From assembly GCA_002269645.1 (NCBI GenBank), contig NIVC01004849.1, positions 1-33,460 on the forward strand: a stretch of DNA of 33,460 nucleotides, written 5' to 3'. Under the pieces are notes generated by a model that was given only the letters and a program-made list of their open reading frames with translations, made no database searches and was not told the DNA's origin. Shown one piece after another: positions 25,086 through 33,460 of the stretch. The first letter of the stretch is position 1, and the number at the start of each line of letters is the position of its first letter. A program made the translations under genes and the position numbers. This DNA is from Macrostomum lignano. Its lineage: Eukaryota.

Positions 25086-26236
25086 CTTGGACTGTTTTGG
25101 AAAATCCTGCAGCAGTTGCGTCTGAGCAAAGACATAATAGAAAAATTGAAAGCTGCTTAACAAGCCGGCAGGATTAACTCATCAGAAGGCAACTGGTCCA
25201 CCGTCTCTCTTGCTTTGGATTGGAGGAAGGAAAATACTTGTAAAAACTGGCTGCCGTTGTTCCCAGCCTTCAAAAACTGACTGCAATGATTTCTGTTTGA
25301 GAGCACATGGAGAGTGCAATATAAATAGAAGATCATGGTTGAAACCTACCTACATTCAGCTTACTTTGCAGCGTTAGAAGAAAAAATACATGAATTTTGC
25401 GTTGTGTCTACAAACATCCAATTTTTAGACCGGGTTCAGCATTTGGCCTTTTTGTTTCACCGATCCGCCGTTCAGCATTCATGAGCCAGAATGTAAGGAA
25501 GCCATTATGGGTCTGTTCCATAGGCTCGCTCGGGAGCTATACGAGTAGAAAGAATGGGCTGCACGTAGAAGAGAGCGGATGCCAATCGGATAATAATAGT
25601 TGTAAACGTTTCGAATTTTGGCTGAAAGGAAAATCGACAACTATATTTCAGCAAAGCAAAAGTTCAACCAGAGAAAACCCGAGACGCGGGACTTTGCAGG
25701 ATTCAAATGGCATGTCTAGTCGATAAAAACCCCGTTTGAGTCGAAGTAAAGCAAAGTCTTTAGGGGGGTTCTATTCGTGCAGTCCATGAGGTACTCAATT
25801 GATGGCTGCCTAAACTCCGACGCCATGAGGCTTTGGACGGGTGCCAAAACTAATTAGCCACTATAACTAACTCCGCAAGCATCGCGTACTTATCATCTGC
25901 AATAAGTTCCGTTTGAGAGCGATAACGTTTAAGTCTAATTTATGTCAGCTTCACGCCAAAAGGGATGGAACAAGGGAAACATATATGTTAAATATCGAGA
26001 TTCAAAAAAACTAATTCCCGGTTCAGATTAGCATTCCCGGTTGCCTGCACAGAGACTCTGAGTAATTTAGGCTTTTACGCTACAAGGATTTCAAACTATG
26101 CAGTGCCCTCTGTTGCCTGTAAACTCTGTCTTCTATCTAACTACAGCTCGATCGCCTGAACCGAAAAATCTTATTTAAACTTCAGAGCCTTTGATTGGGA
26201 GGTAGCAGAGCAGCTCAGCGGGAAGCGCGTCGGACT

Positions 26237-26551
26237 CTTGCGTCACGACACCCTGGTTCGCCTTGCGTCACGACACCTGGTTCGTTTTGCGTCACGACAC
26301 CTGGTTCGTCTTGCGTCACGACCCCCTGGTTCGCCTTGCGTCACGACCCCTGGTTTGTCTTGCGTCACGACCCCTGGTTTGTCTTGCGTCACGACCCCTG
26401 GTTTGTCTTGCGTCACGACCCCTGGTTCGTCTTGCGTCACGACCCCCTGGTTCGCCTTGCGTCACGACCCCTGGTTTGTCTTGCGTCACGACCCCTGGTT
26501 TCGTCTTGCGTCACGACCCCTGGTTCGTCTTGCGTCACGACCCCTGGTTCG
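26237..26551. repeat. 24-bp minisatellite CTTGCGTCACGACCCCTGGTT(C/T)GT, 13 copies
   Basis: Contiguous units of 24-25 bp with no spacers. It explains the CVTTPG/RHDPWFVL artefact ORFs. Confidence 0.95.
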
Positions 26552-27422
26552 AATCCGTGCGCAAACACATTCATTTGGGGCTTGTGTAAATGCACATAGA
26601 TTGGCACACCCATGGGACAACCCCTCAATGCAGAGAGTGTACATTTCTGACGATTAGACAGTCAGGACCGCAGTACACCCTGTGTGAGCGTGTGTACGAG
26701 TGCGTGCCTGCATACAGTATCGGTGCGCTTGTATGTCCCCAGGAGTCAGCGAAATGGGCAGAATTGCAAATATGCATAAGCATTGAATGCACTATATAAT
26801 ACACACAGCGCCTTTCATTGGCAGAATATTTTATGCTGCTAATGTCAGTAATATCGATACCAGCTCAGAAATGCTACAACTCCAAGTTTGAGATCTTCGT
26901 CCTAATGGCGCCACCCAGCTAATAAAAGCCGTAGAGTATTGGGCTCGAAATAATTAAATTGTCATAAAGCTGAACAAAATTATGGTTTATTGGATTCAAA
27001 ATGATCAGATCACCGCAAATAGAAGTGTTTTTATGTCAAAATATCAAAACACACGAATTCTATTGTATTTTTCTCATTAATAATATGACTGTAATTTTTG
27101 TACAAGCAAGCGTGGGTTTGCGAGAAAGAAAATCGAGTAAAATAGCAACTCTAACCGGACTCGAAGAAATTTGGAAAAATGTTATGAAATATACAGCTAG
27201 CTAAATATCATTTATGAGAAATGCGAAAAATGAACGAAAAAATGAAGCATTGTTACATCACAATTGTATATTGTCAGCCCTACTTTGCGAGCAGGAATAG
27301 GAGTTTCCGAGGGAGCTCGAGGCTTCCCAGTTCTGCCCAACAAGGAGTCATAATATACCATTGATATTTATATTATATATTATATTATATACCATTCATA
27401 CTAGTGTTATAGTTAGCTGAGA

Positions 27423-27960
27423 CTGTCTATGGTAAAATCCCATTTACTCCAATGCATTCAGTCGGTTTCACGGCCCGCTGAAAACGTCTATGGCAAAGTC
27501 AGAAGAAAGCGGGGTCAAGGGGGCGCTGAGCACACCAGCACTCTATGCCAGCGAGTGTCGACCATAGACAGAAAATCTTCAGTCTCGCCAGTCTGATTTC
27601 CGTATCTATGATTAAATTGAAAGCTTGCAGTACCAACTAGGCCGCAAAATGGAATACTAAGCATTATTAAGCAGCACTAAGCTTTACTTTTAAAATATAC
27701 AAGTTGTAGAAAGATTAACTAGATACTTATATGCATACGATTTTTTTACTTATTGAAGTCGGCCATAGATTATTGCAGCGGGCGGGATGCCTTGCGTTTT
27801 ACCGCGTTTCAGCACGCCTAGGCTAACTATAATTGTATTATTAGTAGGCTTTTTACCATAGATATTTTCCGCTGCTAGATGGGGTGCGGGGCAAGAGCGT
27901 CCGTTAGGGGGTTGGGGGCGAAGCCCCACATTCTAACCATAGACAATCGGGCACGCCTAA
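27423..27960. mobile_element. Possible MITE/TIR-element remnant with repeated CCATAGA motifs
   Basis: Perfect 11-bp inverted pair CTGTCTATGGT (27423-27433) / ACCATAGACAG (27561-27571), further CCATAGA motifs at ~27763, ~27857 and ~27937, and a GGGGGCGAAGCCCC hairpin at ~27914-27927. No TSD found. Confidence 0.3.
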
Positions 27961-28504
27961 AGACTCACTGACTTAAACTTTTAAATACTCAAAGCTTAAA
28001 CAAATAGAAACAAAAATGGAGAAAAAATATGAGCTAGTATTTACACGCTTTACAGGATGAAGGTTAACTACTTAAAGTAGCCGAAAGAGAACATGAGTAT
28101 AAAAATAAAGATATATATATGCATATTTTTCGACCCGTAGAGTCTAATAATATTTAGACCCGTAGTTCTAGAGTGGTAGCACAAAATATAGCAGCGATGC
28201 GCATTCAGACTACTGCTGAAAAAAACGTTTTTTATTGTATAAGAATTATCAATGGCTGCAAGGTGTGGCAAATATTTTTTGGCTAATTGTGCCTGTCAGT
28301 TTCACAGTTATTGTTTTTGTACTGCAGGTATTAACACCAGCCGAAATAAGCAGGTATATCTATCATACTTGAGGCTGAAATTGCAGAATTGCAGACATAA
28401 TTAGAAATCCAAATAGTAACTGTTAAGCTCTTAAATACATATATCAGACTGACACCTTTAAAGCCTTTAAATGCACACCACTCACCAAATTTAAGGCGTC
28501 AGTC

Positions 28505-29687
28505 TCAAGCTTTCCTATCATCAGAGTCCCAGCCATTATCTTTAATCAGGTGCGCCAGCTCGATAATGTATTTTCCCTCTTTGTAGCGCTGCGAGCTCTC
28601 AAAGGCGCGCTCGTATTTCCAGCCTAGTACGGTTCGACAGCCGTGACAGTAAATGTCCGCCACGCTGTGCAAGCCAGTGAGCAGCAGCCGCTCCTCCGCT
28701 GGACCAACAATCACGTTCACTACGCGATCGAATAGGTAGGCCCTGCCCTGGCTGCCCTGTGGGTCGGAGAGATTGGCTGCTCTGACTAAACAGTGTCTGA
28801 ATTTAATAGGCTAGCTCCTATACAAGGACTGTTGGAATGCTTAGTCAGGGAAGGAATTGAGGTGGCTGACTGGACTGGAGATGCGGGGAAGGGAAGGGAG
28901 TGGGGTGGCTGGCTGGACTGGAGATGCGGGGAAGGGAAGGGAGTGGGGTGGCTGGCTGGACTGGGGATGCAGGGAAGGGAAATGAGTGAGGCGGCTGGCT
29001 GGACTGGAGATGCGGGGAAGGGAAGGGAGTGGGGTGGCTGGCTGGACTGGAGATGCGGGGAAGGGAAGGGAGTGGGGTGGGTGGCTGGACTGGAGATGCA
29101 GGAAAGGGAAGGGAGTGAGGCGGCTTTCTGGACTGGAAATGCGGGGAAGGGAAGGGAGTGAGGTGGCTGGCTGGACTGGAGATGCGGGGAAGGGAAGGGA
29201 GTGGGGTGGCTGGCTGAACTGGAGATACGGGGGAGTGAGGTGGCTGGCTGAACTGGAGATGCGGGGAAGGGGAGTGGGGTGGCTGGCTGGACTGGAGATG
29301 CGGGGAAGGGGAGTGGGGTGGCTGGCTGGACTGGAGATGCGAGGAATGGAATGGAGTGGGGTGGCTAGCTGGACTGGAGATGCTGGGAAGGGAAGGGAGT
29401 GGGGTGGCTGGTTTGGATGGAAAGATTTCATGTACCAGTGTCCACAAGTAAGCAAGCCCAACCAGCCACTATGAAAGAGTTGCTAATAATTCAGCAAGCC
29501 TTACATGAAAACTCTTGCTAATTAGGTCAGCATGAGCAGCCAGGTGAGCTCGGCAGTGCATGCAGGCATAGGTGCGCTCGCAGTCGCCATTGGGTGACAA
29601 CTGGTCAACACCACTGACACTGCTGCAGACTCGACCATTGCCACTGTTATTGCCAATGTCAAGATAAACTTGAAATGTCCTGCCCAT
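28505..29687 (-). CDS. YPEL: Yippee-like protein (YPEL1/2/3-type); exons 29687-29505 and 28756-28505 (144 aa)
   Basis: [24 protein letters not shown]|[76 protein letters not shown]. Both CxxC motifs are intact, and the phase-0 GT-AG intron falls at KSF(H)|GSQG. Confidence 0.95.
28858..29412. repeat. G-rich ~43-bp minisatellite in the YPEL intron (~13 copies, some shorter variants)
   Basis: Unit TGGGGTGGCTGGCTGGACTGGAGATGCGGGGAAGGGAAGGGAG read directly. It is the source of several artefact ORFs. Confidence 0.95.
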
Positions 29688-31421
29688 TGACAGAGTGTAT
29701 ACAATATGCAGTCCAGAACAAGATGAGACTCAACTGATGAAACACTGGACTAAGTGCACACCTGGTCTTCCAGGTAGATATACACTAAAATGATAAAAAA
29801 CCAATGAAATTTTCTTCAATAGATGAACAATAGGCAACATTCAGTTAGTACATGCATAATATAGTGAATAAAATTCTTATTAAAACCTGCTTCAATAGGT
29901 TTTTGGTTAATAAAAAATTGAAGATATTTTTGACTATAGTGAAATTTAAACCCAACTATAATTATATTAATAATTGACAATTTTTGCTGCACTAGAATTG
30001 AGCAATCTAGACACACAAAATTCAAGAACACAGGCAAACTTTTTGCTGCATACCTTCTTCAACAAGCATCAAATTGCCAGCACTTGATCATTAAGACATT
30101 AAACCATTCTATTAGAAGGTCATATTGTTTTTTATAAATGCAAGAAAAAATATAAATAAATTATCAAAGGAATTCTCTATTTGGTATTTTTGTTTTTAAA
30201 TAGCTGATTTAATATTTGTTAGAGGCAAATTATTATATTGAATATTTGGCTTATTATACTAGCATCAAAAAAAAATTCTATAATTTATCTTTAATTTCTA
30301 TTTTTATATATTAATATTTAGCTATGACTATCCTATTCAGCAATTATTAGAATTAGAAGTATCAACTTCTATGCTTAAAATTTCTAAATATTTAACTCTA
30401 TTATAACAAAATCATGAAATCATAAATATATAACTATCATCCCTTTTACTCATAGTTATATTACTGTCTTTCTACATCAAGGTAGATCCAAGGGGCCATG
30501 GATCCTACTTAGCTAGGGCCGAAACATTTGGGCCAAATATTTTTACATTATTATTATTTTTGACCTATTGTATGTATCACTATTAAAATTACTTAGTGAT
30601 TTTAATATAGATATAGATTGGTCCCTTTCCTTAATTTTTTGTCTCTAAATTTCCAAAACTAAAAGTCTAATTTTGTCTTGAAACAAGTGACAAGACGAAC
30701 ATATTATTACTCAGACTACTTATACGATGCTGCAAAATCCGAACAACAATTTAGGGGCCGGAATAAAAATTCGAGTGATCGTGGCTTTCAAATTAGTGCT
30801 ATTTTTGTTGCTGCTCTAACTTGATTAAAACACATGCTTTGAAGGTTAAAATCCAAATGAGTTTGAGTAGGCCTAATTGATTCAGAAGGAGTGAGAATTT
30901 AAATGCAAAGCACCACGCTGTCGTTGGCAAGACGTATATAGCATATCCAATAAAGAAGTATATATATAGAGTCCGTTGTTTTAGATCGATTGGAGATCTT
31001 GCGTAGCGGGCGAATACACCCCACTCACATTATTGTATCTCTGGAATTGCATTAGCTATTGATCCTTTTGATATGCACAAAATTATTGAGCGAATGCGTT
31101 TTAGCTATAGCCAATGCGGGTTAGTCGACGCGGCCGGAATTTTGTAATAGGAATAAAAAAATAAGATCTTAATACATGTGCATGTATTTGCCAACAACCA
31201 AAGGAGGAATGGGCCAGTGCCCTGCTTGGGATCTTACGCGATCAAGAGTAACAACTGGAACGAGGGGCGATTTCAGACATACGAGCGTAGACATAAAACG
31301 ATGCCCTGCCCTTCTAACTTGAATACCAATTTTATGCACAACACGTCGAATTAAGTATGATCTTTCGTAGCTACTGTACCAGCTGGAACGAAAGTGCCAG
31401 CATTACAAGTATCTGTGACGC

Positions 31422-31661
31422 CAGTGGCGGATCTAGAGTTTCATTTTGGGGGGGGCGGTCCAAGTTTGGGGCGCCAACAAGAGTGTAAGGGGCGCCAATT
31501 TTTAAGCTAGGGGGCGCAAAAATGCGTGTAGAGGGCGAAAAATCAAGTTTAGGGGCGCAAAGTTAGGTTTTTGGGGGGCGCAATATGTTCGGTCAAGCTA
31601 TTTTTGGGGGCGATAGCCCCCCGACCCCCCCCCCCCCCCCTCCCTCCTAAATCCGCCCCTG
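31422..31661. mobile_element. hAT-type MITE, 240 bp
   Basis: TIRs CAGTGGCGGATCTAG / CTAAATCCGCCCCTG match at 13/15. The 8-bp flanks TGTGACGC (31414-31421) and TGTGATGC (31662-31669) differ only by a CpG-type C>T change. Repeated internal GGGGCGC motifs. Confidence 0.8.
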
Positions 31662-32181
31662 TGTGATGCTCAATGTCGTAGTTATGCCAAATTTACCACA
31701 AATGAAACAAATTACAGGCAAAATTCAAGATCGATAATGTAATCTAACAGAGCATGTGTGCGTTAATTGGTGCGCAATGCAGTATAGTATACAACAGACA
31801 GTTAATACGTGCGGATTGTAGATGCTGATAAAAATGAGTACGAGCTAAAGCCTACTCGCGTGCAATCTAATTATCATAGGTAGGTAAGATCACTGAGGTG
31901 TACGTGAATTAGATTATTGTAGAACAACATCTTGTGTTTTACTATACATGTACAAGCAATTGATAGTTTCACTCGAAAAGTGCTTTATACAGCAGTAGTA
32001 TATAGAGCGAAAGAAGTCACTGAAAATCATAAAAAAATCGCGAAAAATAAAAACCGAAACTTAACATTCAATTCGAAACGTACAGTTGGTTACAGTGTCA
32101 TTGCTTCACTTATTCAATTCCGGGCATTCCTATACTCCTGCTCTAATCCAATGCAGCTCAGCAGTAATGGCAACAGTTTAA

Positions 32182-33460
32182 TCAGGCAATCTCGATAGCA
32201 GCCGCCTTCTCTAGGCCCAGCTCCTTGATCACGTCCTCCCTGAGCTTGAACTTCTGCACCTTGCCGGTGACGTCTCTAAACAGAACGTAGCGCGGGGATC
32301 TTGAAGTGGGCGATTTCATCCTTGCAGTAGGCTCTGAGCTCCGCCTCTGTCAACGAACATTCCAGGCCGTAACGGACGAACAACGCAGAGCTCCTCGCCC
32401 ATTCGTTCGTCTGGTACTCCGACGATTTGGGCGTCAGCGATGGCTGGATGCCGTGCAGAAATTCTCAATTTCTACCGGGTAGATGTTCTCCCCGCCGCGG
32501 ATGACCATGTCCGGATTCGGCCTCGAATGTGACCGTAGCCGTCAGCATCCAGAAAGCCGATGTCGCCGTGCGGTACCAGCGGTCCTCGCCGATCACCTCC
32601 GAGGTCTTCTCGGTGTCGTTGAAGTAGCCGCGCATCACCGCATAGCCCACGGATGCAGATTTCGCCGCGCTGTCCTATTGGCAGCGCGCGGCCCTCCGGG
32701 TCCTGCGATTTTACCTCCATGTGCGCCGACGGACGCCCAAACTGAGGCCGTCCGCTTCTCCAGACTGTCGTCCGGCATGCCCTGAAACGTGACAGGGCTG
32801 TTCTCCGTGGTCCCGTACGCAATGTCACGCGGTCCATGTGCAGCTCGGACACGATTCGGCGCATCACCTCCACCGGACAGGCGATCCGGCAATGATGCCA
32901 GTTTGCAGCGACCGGAGATTCGCTTGCTAACGTCAGGCCTGGGACAGATGTCGATGAACATTGTTGGCGCGTGCCATAGAGCGCCGTGCACTTTTCCGTC
33001 TCTACAGTGCTCAAAGTAGCCGCCGGTTCGAAGCTGGGCGACGATAGATGCAGGTTGCTCCGTGCAGTACAATCTGCAGGTTGCCAAGGCCCATGCCGAA
33101 GCAGTGATAGAACGGCACCTGAACGCAGATGCGCGCCACGTGTTTGTGGAATTCGCCACCGCATGCCGACGAACGTACGCATTGTTAGAATATTGTGATG
33201 CGTTAGCGCCGCTCCTTTCGGACTGCCTGTATGCCCGAGGTGAACTGGATGTTGATTACGTCGTCCATTTGCAGGCGCTCGGCGAGTTTGTGAAGCTGCT
33301 TCCGCGTGTGGGATCGGCGCTTCCGGCTCGACACACCTCATCGTACAGAAAGGCACCCGGCCGCTCCTCCTGACCCATCATCACCACGTGAGACAGCGAG
33401 GGCATGACCGAGCTTGACAGACGCCCACTCGCGACTTTGGCAGCTCCGGCAGAGTTCACA
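32182..33460 (-). pseudogene. ACSF2-like AMP-binding acyl-CoA synthetase, 3' part, many frameshifts (pseudogene or uncorrected assembly); 5' end lies beyond the window
   Basis: Motifs across frames: DDVINIQFTSG(T)TGSPKGAALTHHNI, PFYHCFG, AYGTTENSPVTF, GEICIRG..VMRGYF, WYRTGD, DMVIRGGENIYP, GVPDERMGEE, KIPRYV..., TGKVQKFKLRE. Stop codon at 32184-32182. No intron seen. Confidence 0.85.

Noticed and set aside
26237-26551. CRISPR array
   Set aside because: The repeats are contiguous with no unique spacers, there are no cas genes and the context is eukaryotic.
28793-29474. Repetitive 120-200 aa ORFs on both strands
   Set aside because: These are translations of the intronic minisatellite of YPEL.

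Overview
This is eukaryotic (animal) genomic DNA, not prokaryotic. It has AT-rich intergenic DNA, GT-AG introns whose phases match across exons, micro/minisatellites and transposon debris. The gene style would fit a free-living flatworm such as Macrostomum, but the host cannot be proven from sequence. In order, the window holds: (1) a candidate decayed piggyBac-like element at ~0.8-4.65 kb; (2) a 2,219-bp solo LTR (6153-8371) with 10-bp inverted TG...CA ends, a 4-bp CATA target-site duplication and a compact AP-1/CRE/CCAAT/X-box/TATA promoter; (3) about 350 bp downstream, a 5-exon, ~491-aa TTLL10-like (tubulin glycylase family) gene whose catalytic ATP-grasp residues appear lost; (4) a head-to-tail minus-strand cluster of five two-exon paralogues encoding small secreted signal peptide-WSC-PAN/Apple proteins, of which one is intact, one has a single 1-nt deletion and three are pseudogenes; (5) within that cluster, a Gypsy integrase remnant and a ~1.95-kb (TTAG)n array; (6) a 13-copy 24-bp minisatellite; (7) an intact two-exon yippee-like (YPEL) gene with a G-rich intronic minisatellite; (8) a 240-bp hAT-type MITE; (9) the 3' part of a heavily frameshifted ACSF2-like acyl-CoA synthetase running off the right end. 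Most ORFs in the supplied track are alternative-frame or repeat artefacts.
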